A program made the translations under genes and the position numbers. Below the pieces are notes generated by a model that was given only the letters and a program-made list of their open reading frames with translations, ran no database searches and was not told the DNA's origin. DNA of 64,000 nucleotides from Bacteroidales bacterium (lineage in GTDB: Bacteria; Bacteroidota; Bacteroidia; Bacteroidales; FEN-979), in assembly GCA_038212325.1 (NCBI GenBank), contig JBBQUQ010000001.1, positions 8,339 to 72,338 on the forward strand, in the 5' to 3' direction. How positions within the stretch are numbered: position 1 is the first letter of the stretch; each line of letters opens with the position of its first letter. Positions 52,305-62,437 of the stretch are shown piece by piece.

Positions 52305-53062
52305 TGCTTTATTCAACAAAGGGCATTGTTTTTCATTCTATCAAATATTCAGAGACCAGTGTAATCGTTAAAATTTACACCGGGATGTTCGGAATTCAAT
52401 CCTACCTTTTCAAAGGCATCCGCGTTTCAAAATCAAAAATCAAGCCCGGGCTTTTTCAATCCATGACTCTGCTTGACCTGGTGGTGTATCATCGGGAAAA
52501 ACATTCGCTGCAATCGGTGAAGGAGGTGCGTATTGCCCATCCGTTTAAAACCATCCCGTTCGATATCCGGAAAAGTTCTGTGGTTCTGTTTATCAATGAG
52601 TTGGCTTATAAGGCCATCCGTGAAGAAGAGCCCAACCCCGACCTTTTTGAATTTCTCTGGCAAACATGTCTCGACCTGGACGGAACGGAAGAAAGCGTGT
52701 CAGGTTTCCACATCCGCTTTGCGCTTGAGCTGATGCATCACCTTGGCATCTTCCCGCAAAACAACTATTCATCGGCATTTCCGGTGTTCAACCTGCGCGA
52801 AGGGCTTTTCCAGGCCTCCATCCCGGTCCATCCGAATTATCTCGACCAGGAGTACAGCCGGATGATGTCGGGGGTGCTCGAAAAATGCCAGGTGGAGGCA
52901 AACCAAAATGGTGAAATTGTGAAATGGCGGAATGGTGAAATGTTCCAGGATGCAGGAGCAAGGAACAAGCTGCTTGAAATCATTCTTCTTTATTATCAGC
53001 TGCATCTTCCCGGGTTCAGGGAAGTACAGTCGCATCATATCCTCCATGAAGTTTTGGCCTAA
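52304..53062 (+). CDS. recO: DNA repair protein RecO
   Basis: 252 aa. The OB-fold N-terminus is [22 protein letters not shown]. Its start overlaps the upstream stop (TGATG). Confidence 0.85.
   Translation: MLYSTKGIVFHSIKYSETSVIVKIYTGMFGIQSYLFKGIRVSKSKIKPGLFQSMTLLDLVVYHREKHSLQSVKEVRIAHPFKTIPFDIRKSSVVLFINELAYKAIREEEPNPDLFEFLWQTCLDLDGTEESVSGFHIRFALELMHHLGIFPQNNYSSAFPVFNLREGLFQASIPVHPNYLDQEYSRMMSGVLEKCQVEANQNGEIVKWRNGEMFQDAGARNKLLEIILLYYQLHLPGFREVQSHHILHEVLA
52906..52945. repeat. 8-bp tandem array, 5 units (aaatggtg aaattgtg aaatggcg gaatggtg aaatgttc) inside recO
   Basis: Read directly. It is translated in frame as [13 protein letters not shown]. Confidence 0.8.
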
Positions 53063-53067
53063 ATCTG

Positions 53068-53075
53068 TATCTTTG
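53068..53075 (+). promoter_or_regulatory. candidate -7 box TATCTTTG
   Basis: Matches TAnnTTTG, 16 nt upstream of the lysS ATG. Confidence 0.35.
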
Positions 53076-53091
53076 CCGAAAATTTGGCAAT

Positions 53092-54627
53092 ATGACGACA
53101 GGATTAACCGAACAGGAAACCATACGCAGAAATTCACTGAATGAGCTTACCAGGCTTGGCATCGACCCGTATCCCCCGGAAACGTTTGAGGTCAATGTAA
53201 AATCGTCTGATATAAAAAATAATTTCCCCGCCGACCACACCCTTTTCCAGCAGGCAAGCATCGCCGGGCGCATCATGAGCAGGCGCATCATGGGGGCTGC
53301 ATCCTTTGTGGAGCTCCAGGATGAAAGCGGCCGCATCCAGCTGTATATGAAGCGGGATGACATATGCCCGGGAGAAGATAAAACACTGTACAACACCGTA
53401 TTCAAAAAATTGCTCGATATCGGCGACATCATTGGTGTGACAGGCTTTGTCTTCATCACCCAGATGGGAGAAATCACCATCCATGTCCAGTCGCTGAAGC
53501 TGCTCTGCAAATCCCTCCGGCCGCTGCCCATCGTGAAGGAAAAGGAGGACGAGGTTTTTGATGCATTCACCGATCCGGAACAACGGTATCGCCAGCGCTA
53601 TGTCGACATGATCGTAAACCCTGAGGTGCGCGAGGTATTTGTAAAACGAAATATCCTGTTAAATTCGATGCGCAATTACCTGAATGCCAAATCGTACCTT
53701 GAAGTTGAGACCCCGATTTTGCAACCCCTTTACGGAGGCGCGGCCGCCAGACCATTTAAAACCTTCCACAACACGCTGGATATGACGCTCTATCTCCGCA
53801 TTGCGAATGAGCTTTACCTGAAAAGGCTGATCGTAGGCGGATATGACGGCGTTTATGAATTTTCAAAGGATTTTCGCAACGAGGGGATGGACCGTTTTCA
53901 CAATCCCGAATTCACCCAGATGGAGTTGTATGTTGCCTATAAAGACTATGAGTGGATGATGGATCTCGTGGAGGAGATGGTGGAAAAGATCGCCATGGAC
54001 CTGCACGGGAAAACACAGGTACAGGTGGGCGAAAACATGGTCGATTTCAAACGGCCATGGAAACGGTTTAGCATGTTCGAAGCTATCCAACATTTTACCG
54101 GGATCAGCATTGACGGAAAATCGGAGGAGGAACTCGGCGAAATCGCCAAAGAGCTGGATGTGCCCATCGATCGCACCATGGCCAAGGGAAAGATCATCGA
54201 CCAGATATTTGGTGAAAAATGCGAACCGTTCCTCATCCAGCCGACGTTCATCACCGATTACCCGGTGGAGATGTCGCCGCTTGCCAAGAAGCATCGCAGC
54301 AAACCCGGTTTGGTTGAACGGTTTGAAGCCATTTGCAATGGGAAAGAGCTCTGCAACTCCTTCTCCGAGTTAAACGATCCCATCGACCAGCGCGAGCGGT
54401 TTGCATCGCAGCTTGAACTGGGAAAACGCGGCGACGATGAGTCGATGGTGCTCGACGAAGATTTTCTGCGGGCGCTTGAATTCGGCATGCCGCCCACCGC
54501 CGGGCTCGGTATCGGCATTGACCGTTTGACCATGATCATGACCAATTCCCAATCCATCCAGGATGTGCTTTTCTTCCCGCAGATGCGGCCGGAGAAGAGG
54601 CCAAATAGTGAAATGGCGAAATGGTGA
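53092..54627 (+). CDS. lysS: lysine--tRNA ligase (class II)
   Basis: 511 aa. Motifs: [21 protein letters not shown]. The last residues, NSEMAKW, come from the 8-mer array. Confidence 0.92.
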   Translation: MTTGLTEQETIRRNSLNELTRLGIDPYPPETFEVNVKSSDIKNNFPADHTLFQQASIAGRIMSRRIMGAASFVELQDESGRIQLYMKRDDICPGEDKTLYNTVFKKLLDIGDIIGVTGFVFITQMGEITIHVQSLKLLCKSLRPLPIVKEKEDEVFDAFTDPEQRYRQRYVDMIVNPEVREVFVKRNILLNSMRNYLNAKSYLEVETPILQPLYGGAAARPFKTFHNTLDMTLYLRIANELYLKRLIVGGYDGVYEFSKDFRNEGMDRFHNPEFTQMELYVAYKDYEWMMDLVEEMVEKIAMDLHGKTQVQVGENMVDFKRPWKRFSMFEAIQHFTGISIDGKSEEELGEIAKELDVPIDRTMAKGKIIDQIFGEKCEPFLIQPTFITDYPVEMSPLAKKHRSKPGLVERFEAICNGKELCNSFSELNDPIDQRERFASQLELGKRGDDESMVLDEDFLRALEFGMPPTAGLGIGIDRLTMIMTNSQSIQDVLFFPQMRPEKRPNSEMAKW

Positions 54628-54630
54628 AAT
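54603..54630. repeat. 8-bp tandem array, 3.5 units (aaatagtg aaatggcg aaatggtg aaat)
   Basis: Read directly. It contains the lysS stop and abuts the stop of the convergent 54630-56666 gene. Confidence 0.85.
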
Positions 54631-56666
54631 CAACGGATCAATGCGATCCGGATTGTTTCTACATTGTTTTTAGTTCTGAGCATGCACAGATAAATTCCTC
54701 CAGGAAGTTTGTCGCCGCCGTTATCGGTTCCATCCCATTGAACCTTGAAAGATCCCGGTTCAAGTACCTGCGAAACCAGTGATTTGACCCTGACTCCATT
54801 GACATCCAGTATTTCCATTGAAACCTCTCCGCGCATTGTTATTTCCAGCGGAATGGTTGTAACAAAACTAAACGGATTGGGGTAACTGTCTCCAATGCCA
54901 GCATGATTTACAGGTTCGCCAACAGAGGTCAGTAAAGCTGCATTGACCATGATAATCAAGTGAAAGCTGCCGGCAGAGGTGGTCACTCTCAGGCTATCCA
55001 TCAAATAGACAATAGAGGGATTCAAATTAAGCAGAAAAGCAATCGATACCCGGAAGGCAACGCTGTCGCCTGGGTTGACCTGGTGAGGCAACGCTACTGA
55101 AATGGAATCAACAGACCATCCAAAAGCTGTTCCCTGCTGCTGAATTGCAGTCAGACTGATCGGATTTGGTGTGTAGTTATGCAACTGGACGATTTGCCTG
55201 CCTTCGCTGGTCGTATTAACCCAGATGGTATCCGGAACAGGTGTTAAGTTGGTATAAACCGTCTGGAAAGAAAACGGGTCGGCAGCCCCGATGAGCGGGG
55301 CAGATGCATGGCGACCCGACTCGTCGGCAGCGGTAAGATAGTATTTTACCACACTTCCGGCAGGCTGTTTGGGAATTGTGCCGGTGTAATTTTTGCCTGC
55401 CGTGTTCAACATCAGTGCCGTGTGATAGGATCCGCCATTCACCTGGTAATGAATCAGCACCGAATCGGCCTTAACCGGCTGATGGCTGCTGGCAATGATC
55501 TCGGCACTCACCGGGTAATCAGATTCGCAAGGCTGGTTGCCAAAGATGGGGATATGCTTAATCTGAAGCAGGCCAATGTCGGAAATCCCCATCACCCGGC
55601 AGTGCAGGGCATCAGTCGATACCCAGGGAGTTGATGGATTCCCGATAAAGCCAATCACCTGGTACCCGGGCATGGCGGCTTCATAAACCGCCTTAGCGCT
55701 GTCGTCCCACACGGAATTCATGAAGGGCACCAGCACTTTGTTGTTGAGGATCACCGAATTGGAGTAGGGCTGGTCCTGTGGCGTCTTCACCCGATAAACC
55801 TTGTAGTTGTAACCATATGAAGAGGTTTGCGAGGCCCAGTATGCGGCTGCCGATTCAAGTGCACTGTATTCGGGATCGTTTGTGAGCACCTGCCTGATCA
55901 ATATTTTACCAGGAGCAAGAAATTTCCCCCAGCAATCGATGTGATCGATGGTCGACTGCGTGTTCGGATCGGGTACGACATGAAAATTGGTAATACCCAG
56001 GTAATCACTCATCTTCTGGGCAATCTGCTCGTGGGTCTGGGTTGGGTTCTCCACCCAAACCAGGTCGGTGGAGGCCGATATCCCGAATCCGTCGGTCATG
56101 TAATCGCCCCCGGTGGAGATAACGTTCATGCCGTACCACGGGATACCCAGCATTTGCGCCATTTTCTTAGGTATTTCATCATCGTTCGGACGCGGACGGT
56201 TATAGGGGAAGTCGACAATTCCGATCTGGTCGGCGCTGTCCGACTCAAACCAGGGGCCATAATCCCGTGTCCAGTAGCTGTCGGTTGGCGCGATCAGGAA
56301 ATTGCAATGACTCGTATCCACGCCATTTGCGACGTACTGGCTTATGACCGTGTTCTTCTGTGAAATTGAGGCGACGATGGTTGTAACCGTGACATCAGTG
56401 GCCATCTCCTTAATGAGGGATATCGGGATGCCAAAAGGGTATCGAACCAGGGCTCCCTGCATGCGGTCAAATTCGGCAACATTCCGCATCGGGGCTGAAG
56501 GCGGATCTGTTTCGACAAAACCCCTTCCGATTTCACTCCTGCGCAACAATTCATCGGGCGACATTTCGTGTCGAAGCACCGGCCGGCTGAACCGGGAGGT
56601 GTCTTGTGCCATGCTATTGGTGGCAATCATTATTACCAGGATCAGGATGGTGGAGATCTTTTTCAT
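54630..56666 (-). CDS. T9SS-secreted agmatine deiminase / Porphyromonas-type peptidylarginine deiminase family protein
   Basis: 678 aa with a signal peptide. Motifs: WTRDYGPWF, and DALHCRVMG as the putative catalytic Cys motif. Ig-like middle domains are present. T9SS tail: YPNPFSFVTTIPLEI...GIYLCMLRT...IALIR. Confidence 0.8.
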   Translation of the reverse strand: MKKISTILILVIMIATNSMAQDTSRFSRPVLRHEMSPDELLRRSEIGRGFVETDPPSAPMRNVAEFDRMQGALVRYPFGIPISLIKEMATDVTVTTIVASISQKNTVISQYVANGVDTSHCNFLIAPTDSYWTRDYGPWFESDSADQIGIVDFPYNRPRPNDDEIPKKMAQMLGIPWYGMNVISTGGDYMTDGFGISASTDLVWVENPTQTHEQIAQKMSDYLGITNFHVVPDPNTQSTIDHIDCWGKFLAPGKILIRQVLTNDPEYSALESAAAYWASQTSSYGYNYKVYRVKTPQDQPYSNSVILNNKVLVPFMNSVWDDSAKAVYEAAMPGYQVIGFIGNPSTPWVSTDALHCRVMGISDIGLLQIKHIPIFGNQPCESDYPVSAEIIASSHQPVKADSVLIHYQVNGGSYHTALMLNTAGKNYTGTIPKQPAGSVVKYYLTAADESGRHASAPLIGAADPFSFQTVYTNLTPVPDTIWVNTTSEGRQIVQLHNYTPNPISLTAIQQQGTAFGWSVDSISVALPHQVNPGDSVAFRVSIAFLLNLNPSIVYLMDSLRVTTSAGSFHLIIMVNAALLTSVGEPVNHAGIGDSYPNPFSFVTTIPLEITMRGEVSMEILDVNGVRVKSLVSQVLEPGSFKVQWDGTDNGGDKLPGGIYLCMLRTKNNVETIRIALIR

Positions 56667-56696
56667 TCAAAAAGGATATGACTATGAATACTTTTA

Positions 56697-56704
56697 CAAA
56701 AGTA
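56697..56704 (-). promoter_or_regulatory. candidate -7 box (TACTTTTG on the minus strand)
   Basis: Matches TAnnTTTG, 31 nt upstream of the ATG at 56666. Confidence 0.35.
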
Positions 56705-56743
56705 GCAATTTCGCTGTTTTCCCAAAATCTAAAAATAAAACCC

Positions 56744-56751
56744 TATTTTTG
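56744..56751 (+). promoter_or_regulatory. candidate -7 box TATTTTTG
   Basis: Matches TAnnTTTG, 41 nt upstream of the ATG at 56793. Confidence 0.35.
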
Positions 56752-56792
56752 CAGTTATTCTATAACCTGTTATCGATTAAAAAGTTATCTGC

Positions 56793-58589
56793 ATGGCTTT
56801 AAAAAAAATCCTTCCTGTCATCCTTTCTCTCTTACTGTTCCATTTTTGCCTGCCTGCACAGGTGCCCATCCGTCCCGATTCACTTACCAGTAAAAAGCCA
56901 TTTATCGAAGATGACCAGGTTGTACTCATGCTTGACAGCCTCGCCAATCTTAAAATTTTTGAAGACACTCAATTTCCGAATGCAAACCAATATCAAAACT
57001 GGGCCACCTATTCTGACAATGATATTCCCACCTTCCCCGATTCTGTTTATTCGGAGCGCATTGCACTCATGAATGATCAGTCGCCCTTTGAATTTGTATA
57101 TAACGGGGAGGTGAAAAAATTCATTGAACTTTATGGCGTCAGAAAACGCAAACTGACCGCCCGGATCCTTGGGCTGACCCAGATATATTTTCCGTTGTTT
57201 GAAGAGCATCTCGATAAATTCAACATGCCGCTGGAACTCAAATACCTTGCTGTTATTGAATCGGCGCTAAACCCGATCGCCAATTCACCCGCCGGCGCCA
57301 AGGGGTTGTGGCAATTCATGTACGGCACCGGGAAGGTTTACGGGCTTAAGGTAAGCACCTATGTCGACGACCGGTTCGACCCCTACAAGTCAACCATTGC
57401 AGCATGCGAACACCTGACAGATTTGTACGACATCTACGGAAGCTGGTCATTGGCCCTGGCTGCTTATAATTCCGGGGCTGGCAATGTGAACAAAGCTATT
57501 CGCAGGGCAGGGGGTATCAAAAATTTCTGGGCCATAAAAAAGTTTCTTCCGAAAGAAACCGCCTCTTATGTTCCTGCTTTTATTGCGGCAAGTTATGTTC
57601 TGACCTATGCCAATGAACACAAGATTTACCCGGTTGATCCGGGCATTCTATATTATGAAGTAGACACGGTAACGGTTCATAACCCATTGTCGTTCGACCA
57701 GATTTCTGAAATGCTGAATATCCCGATGGATGAAATTGCCTTTCTCAATCCCTCCTTTAAGCGGCGGATAATCCCGGCTTCTGCGGAAAATCCATATAAA
57801 CTTCGGTTGCGGAAAAAGTACATCGGCAATTTTATCAACAATGAAGCGGCGCTTTATGCCTACAGAACAAAAGATGGCCTGGCCAGCGACGCAATGGCAC
57901 AAATGGTTTATACCAGCTACCGTGATTCTGAACTCTACACGGTCAAGAGTGGTGAAACGGTTACCTCGATAGCCAAAAAATTCCATATGACCCCCGGAGA
58001 ACTGAAATCCCTCAACGGGTTGAAGAAAAACACCATCAAGCCTAAGAAAAAAATCCTGGTGTACACCAATTCGGCCAAAGGCAACAACCAGGGTAATGGG
58101 GTCGCCTCCACCTATGTTCCGCAGACTGTTCCCAGGGATACCGCGGCAAAAACGACTTCTTTAAACAAGGATTCGGAACCGGTTGCCTCCAAAACCATTA
58201 CCCCTGATCATAATCCCCAAACCATTCACGTAGTCAAAAGCGGGGAAAACCTCGGAAAGATCGCTGCAAAATATCATTGTACAACAGCGGAACTGATGAA
58301 ATGGAACAACATGAGCAGCCAGAAAATACTGGTTGGCCAGAAAATAAAAGTAGCTTCGGTAGGCATCGCAAGCACCTCAGCGACCAGAACTGAATCGGGG
58401 AATCCCAAGCCGAAAACCACCTCCACTACAGGCTCCCAGCGGTTTACCTATTATACCATCGTGTCAGGCGACAACCTTTGGGATATTGCCGATAAATTTG
58501 ATGTAACCGTGTCGCAGCTCAAGTCGGTCAACAACCTGAAAAATAACAGCCGACTCAAACCGGGCCAGAAGATAAAAATCCCGAAATAA
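56793..58589 (+). CDS. lytic transglycosylase (SLT domain) with three LysM domains (MltD-like)
   Basis: SLT motif: [23 protein letters not shown]...AYNSG. LysM repeats: [48 protein letters not shown]. Confidence 0.85.
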   Translation: MALKKILPVILSLLLFHFCLPAQVPIRPDSLTSKKPFIEDDQVVLMLDSLANLKIFEDTQFPNANQYQNWATYSDNDIPTFPDSVYSERIALMNDQSPFEFVYNGEVKKFIELYGVRKRKLTARILGLTQIYFPLFEEHLDKFNMPLELKYLAVIESALNPIANSPAGAKGLWQFMYGTGKVYGLKVSTYVDDRFDPYKSTIAACEHLTDLYDIYGSWSLALAAYNSGAGNVNKAIRRAGGIKNFWAIKKFLPKETASYVPAFIAASYVLTYANEHKIYPVDPGILYYEVDTVTVHNPLSFDQISEMLNIPMDEIAFLNPSFKRRIIPASAENPYKLRLRKKYIGNFINNEAALYAYRTKDGLASDAMAQMVYTSYRDSELYTVKSGETVTSIAKKFHMTPGELKSLNGLKKNTIKPKKKILVYTNSAKGNNQGNGVASTYVPQTVPRDTAAKTTSLNKDSEPVASKTITPDHNPQTIHVVKSGENLGKIAAKYHCTTAELMKWNNMSSQKILVGQKIKVASVGIASTSATRTESGNPKPKTTSTTGSQRFTYYTIVSGDNLWDIADKFDVTVSQLKSVNNLKNNSRLKPGQKIKIPK

Positions 58590-58725
58590 TTATTGTATCT
58601 TTCTCCGGTTATTGCAAACCCTGTCATTCATACAATATTTGGTTTTTCCGATGAAACCTTCCACAGTTCCTAACCCGTAAGAGAAAAAGTGGTGCCGGAA
58701 TTCATTATAAATGCATTGCAAGGCC

Positions 58726-60033
58726 ATGAAAATAATCCCGTCAATTAGCCGCAGCCGGATCATTTCAGCAGCAATTGTGCTGTTGCTCCTCTTGCACGCT
58801 GTCGCGGAGGCACAGGACTCCATCACCCTGGATTATTGCTACCGGCAGGCTGAAAAGAACTATCCGCTGCACCGGCAGCTTGAATTGCTGGGAAACTCCA
58901 ATACCTTTAAGGTTCAGACCCTGAACAAGAATTACCTGCCGCAATTCAATGTCAACGCAAGCGCCTCCCTGCAATCGGATGTGACCGAGGTAGCCATTGA
59001 CTTTCCGTCGGGCATGTCGGTGCCCATCATGCCCACGCTGAGCAAGGACTGGTACAAGCTGACACTCGACGTAAACCAGGTAATCTACGACGGCCATGTG
59101 ACCGAGTACCAGAAAAAAGCAGAAGCCTTCAACCTGCAGGCCGACCGGAAAGGCGTGGAGATTGAACTTTACAAACTCAAAGAGAGGATCAACCAGGTGT
59201 TCTTCAGCATTATCCTGGTTCAGCAGAATGAATTGCTGCTGATAAGCAACCGGGAACGCCTCGAAGCAAAACTGGCCGAAGTGCAGTCGGGAATCAGGAA
59301 TGGAGCCATCCTTGAGATGAATGCCGACATTCTCAGGGCTGAACTCGTGCGCATCGATCAGCAACTCACCGAAAGCCGAATGGACCGGAGCACCTCTTAT
59401 AACATGCTGTCAGAGCTGATTTCATTCAAGGTCTCAGAAAATTCGACTTTTGCCATACCTATTGTAAACCTCGCGGGAACGGTTTTTGAAAACAGGCGGT
59501 TTGAAAACGAGCTGTACAACATCCAGCGTTCGAAAGTGGACCTGATGCGGAACATGATCACCACCAGATGGAACCCGAAGTTATTCGCTTATGGGCAGGT
59601 CGGATACGGAAGGCCGAGCCTGAACATGCTGGATGACAACTTTATGCCATGGTGGTTGTTTGGGGCAAAACTGACCTGGTCACCCTGGAACTGGAACCAG
59701 AATAAAAATGAAAAGCAGATTCTCAACATTCAGAACGACATCTTGCGGACTCAGCAAGAAACATTCGATAAAAATCTGAAAATCAGCTCACAAAAAGACC
59801 TGGGTGAAATCATGAAATTCACCGGGATGCTATCACAAGACGACCAGATAATCGGTTTGAGGGAAAAGATCTCCAAAACGGCCTCTTCTCAGCTGGATAA
59901 CGGGGTAATCACCTCAAGTGATTACATTGCCCGGATGAATGAGGAGACGCTTTCGCGGTTGAACCTGGAAATCCATAAAATTCAATTAATTAAAGCAAAA
60001 CTATCGTATCTGTATACCCTGGGAAAACTTTGA
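58726..60033 (+). CDS. TolC-family outer membrane efflux protein
   Basis: Signal peptide MKIIPSISRSRIISAAIVLLLLLHAVAEAQ. It shows the two-repeat coiled-coil pattern typical of OEP/TolC and heads a HlyD/ABC operon. Confidence 0.75.
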   Translation: MKIIPSISRSRIISAAIVLLLLLHAVAEAQDSITLDYCYRQAEKNYPLHRQLELLGNSNTFKVQTLNKNYLPQFNVNASASLQSDVTEVAIDFPSGMSVPIMPTLSKDWYKLTLDVNQVIYDGHVTEYQKKAEAFNLQADRKGVEIELYKLKERINQVFFSIILVQQNELLLISNRERLEAKLAEVQSGIRNGAILEMNADILRAELVRIDQQLTESRMDRSTSYNMLSELISFKVSENSTFAIPIVNLAGTVFENRRFENELYNIQRSKVDLMRNMITTRWNPKLFAYGQVGYGRPSLNMLDDNFMPWWLFGAKLTWSPWNWNQNKNEKQILNIQNDILRTQQETFDKNLKISSQKDLGEIMKFTGMLSQDDQIIGLREKISKTASSQLDNGVITSSDYIARMNEETLSRLNLEIHKIQLIKAKLSYLYTLGKL

Positions 60034-60069
60034 GAAATGGTTGTGACTCTCCGTGAAATTAACCAAATA

Positions 60070-60966
60070 ATGAATATGAGAACGAGTCTGATAACAGCAG
60101 TGATTACACTGGCCTTACTGGGGTCCTGCAACAATGACAAAGACAAACCGGATGCCTACGGTTCATTCGAAGCCACAGAGATCACGGTGTCATCGTTGGC
60201 CAATGGAAAAATCATGCAGTTTAACCTTGAAGAAGGGCAGTTGCTCGATTCGAACCAGGTGGTTGGCTTTGTCGACTCCACCGATCTGCATTTGAAAAAA
60301 CTGCAGCTCTCGGAACAAAAAAGTGCGACAGGCTCACGAAGGGATGATCTTACGTCGCAAATTGCCATCCAGGAGCAGAGCCGTGAAAACATGCTGGTTG
60401 AAAAAAACCGGTTGGTCAGACTGTTTAAAGACGGAGCCGCAACACAAAAGCAGCTTGACGACATCAACTCCGCCCTGAACCTGGTCGACAAGCAGATCGC
60501 TTCGATCAAAACTCAGTTCAAGGGTGTCGATGACCAAACCGGCAGCGCCGAACAGCAGATTGCTCAGGTGCGCGAATCCATCAAAAATGCACGCATTGTC
60601 AACCCGGTAAAAGGGACTGTGCTCACAAAATTCGCAGAGAACAACGAAGTGACTGCTTTTGGAAAGCCCTTGTACAAGATTGCTGATCTGCGTGAAATGC
60701 AGCTTCGGGTCTACATCAGCGGAGCGCAGTTGCCGCATGTCACCATTGGCGACAAGGTGGAAGTTCGCATTGATAAAGATGAAAAGACCAATTCAACCAT
60801 GGAGGGCTTCGTAAGCTGGATCTCACAAACCGCTGAGTTCACGCCAAAAACCATACAAACAAAAGAGGAGCGTGTCAACCTTGTGTACGCCGTGAAAGTT
60901 CGGGTCCCGAATGACGGCAGCCTGAAAATAGGGATGCCCGGCGAGATTAAACTGAAGTCAAAATAA
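60070..60966 (+). CDS. HlyD-family periplasmic adaptor (membrane fusion protein)
   Basis: Lipoprotein-type signal MNMRTSLITAVITLALLGSC. It has a long coiled-coil segment and the C-terminal beta-barrel motif EFTPKTIQTKEERVNLVYAVKV, typical of YbhG-like adaptors. Confidence 0.8.
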   Translation: MNMRTSLITAVITLALLGSCNNDKDKPDAYGSFEATEITVSSLANGKIMQFNLEEGQLLDSNQVVGFVDSTDLHLKKLQLSEQKSATGSRRDDLTSQIAIQEQSRENMLVEKNRLVRLFKDGAATQKQLDDINSALNLVDKQIASIKTQFKGVDDQTGSAEQQIAQVRESIKNARIVNPVKGTVLTKFAENNEVTAFGKPLYKIADLREMQLRVYISGAQLPHVTIGDKVEVRIDKDEKTNSTMEGFVSWISQTAEFTPKTIQTKEERVNLVYAVKVRVPNDGSLKIGMPGEIKLKSK

Positions 60967-60981
60967 CCTAAAACAACAACG

Positions 60982-61452
60982 ATGAAAAAAATCACCACAG
61001 TGTCTTTATTGCTCATGCTCCTTACCGTATGGTCAGGACTGACCGCTTCGGCGCAAACCCACAAAGCGGATGACATCCTTGGAACCTGGCTGAACCAGGA
61101 AGCCACCGGTAAGATTACCCTGTATAAAGAAAACGGCAAGTACTTTGGCAAGCTTGTATGGCTCAGGGAGCCGAATGACAAGGACTCTGGATTGCCTCGC
61201 ACCGACAGGTTTAACTCCGATCCCAAATTTCAAACGACCCCGCTGATCGGCATGGTCAACATGAAGAACTTCACCTTCGATGGCAGTGACGAATGGTTGG
61301 GCGGTACCATTTATGACCCGAAAAACGGAAAGACCTACAAATGCAGTATCCAGTTCGATGGTTCGGCCAAATTGAAAATCAGGGGATACATGGGTGTTTC
61401 ACTGCTCGGAAGAAACACATACTGGACCAAATCAACCCCTCCGCAGAAATAA
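60982..61452 (+). CDS. DUF2147 domain protein (secreted)
   Basis: It has a signal peptide and DILGTWLNQEATGKITLYKENGKYFGKLVWL...GGTIYDPKNGKTYKC...RGYMGVSLLGRNTYWTK, which matches the DUF2147 pattern. Confidence 0.75.
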   Translation: MKKITTVSLLLMLLTVWSGLTASAQTHKADDILGTWLNQEATGKITLYKENGKYFGKLVWLREPNDKDSGLPRTDRFNSDPKFQTTPLIGMVNMKNFTFDGSDEWLGGTIYDPKNGKTYKCSIQFDGSAKLKIRGYMGVSLLGRNTYWTKSTPPQK

Positions 61453-61455
61453 ATT

Positions 61456-62430
61456 ATGCCGGATAACTCCGTCCATGTTCAGCACCTGACCAAACGGTTT
61501 GGCGAAACCCTTGCCCTCGACGACGTAACCTTCGACGTGGCCAGGGGTGAGCTGTTCGGATTCATCGGGCCCGACGGGGCCGGCAAAACCACCCTTCTCC
61601 GCATCCTGACAACCCTGCTTCTTGCCGATTCAGGAATGTGCAGCGTTGAAGGCTATGATGTTGTGAAGGACCATAAGCAGATCAGAAAAATCTGTGGTTA
61701 CATGCCAGGCAAATTTTCGCTTTACCAGGACCTGACCGTAGAGGAGAACCTGAATTTTTTTGCAACCATCTTTGGAACCACCATTCGCGAAAACTACGAC
61801 CTGGTTAAGGAGGTGTACCAGCAGATTGAGCCCTTTAAAAACAGGAAGGCCGGAAAATTGTCGGGCGGAATGAAACAAAAACTGGCATTGTCATGCGCCA
61901 TGATCCACAAGCCGGATGTATTGTTCCTCGATGAACCCACCACGGGGGTGGATGCCGTTTCGCGGCTTGAGTTTTGGGAAATGCTTAAACGGTTAAAAGC
62001 GGCCGGTATCACCATCCTGGTCTCCACACCTTATATGGATGAGGCCGGCCTTTGCGACCGGGTCGCGCTGGTGCAAAACGGCCGCATCATGACCATCAGC
62101 ACGCCCCAGGAGGTTATCCGGAATTACCCCATGTCGCTGCTTTCGGTGAAGGCAGGCGATATTTATCATCTTTTGGGAGAACTCAGGCAATATCCCGGCG
62201 TGCATAGCGTGCATGCCTTCGGTCAATCGGCCCATGTGGCATTCAGGGAAGTGGAAATCGATCAAGATACCCTGGCGCGGTTTCTCAGGAAAAACAAACA
62301 TGAATCGGTTGAAATCACAACCATTGAGGCAACGATTGAAGATTGTTTCATGGAACTTATGACGACCCCACCCTTTACCCCACCCCTCCCTATTTGGGGA
62401 GAGGCCGGGGGTGGGGTCCAAAAACCTTGA
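61456..62430 (+). CDS. ABC transporter ATP-binding protein (YbhF N-half-like)
   Basis: Walker A GPDGAGKTT, signature LSGGMKQKL, Walker B VLFLDEPT. The last ~20 codons (PPFTPPLPIWGEAGGGVQKP) read through a GC-rich palindromic element. Confidence 0.88.
   Translation: MPDNSVHVQHLTKRFGETLALDDVTFDVARGELFGFIGPDGAGKTTLLRILTTLLLADSGMCSVEGYDVVKDHKQIRKICGYMPGKFSLYQDLTVEENLNFFATIFGTTIRENYDLVKEVYQQIEPFKNRKAGKLSGGMKQKLALSCAMIHKPDVLFLDEPTTGVDAVSRLEFWEMLKRLKAAGITILVSTPYMDEAGLCDRVALVQNGRIMTISTPQEVIRNYPMSLLSVKAGDIYHLLGELRQYPGVHSVHAFGQSAHVAFREVEIDQDTLARFLRKNKHESVEITTIEATIEDCFMELMTTPPFTPPLPIWGEAGGGVQKP
62364..62418. repeat. GC-rich imperfect palindromic element (gaccccaccc ... gggtggggtc)
   Basis: The 10-bp terminal inverted arms at 62364-62373 and 62409-62418 enclose ccccacccctccc/ggggagagg. 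The core GACCCCACCC is shared with the 63165-63236 element. Confidence 0.75.
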
Positions 62431-62437
62431 ATAACCC

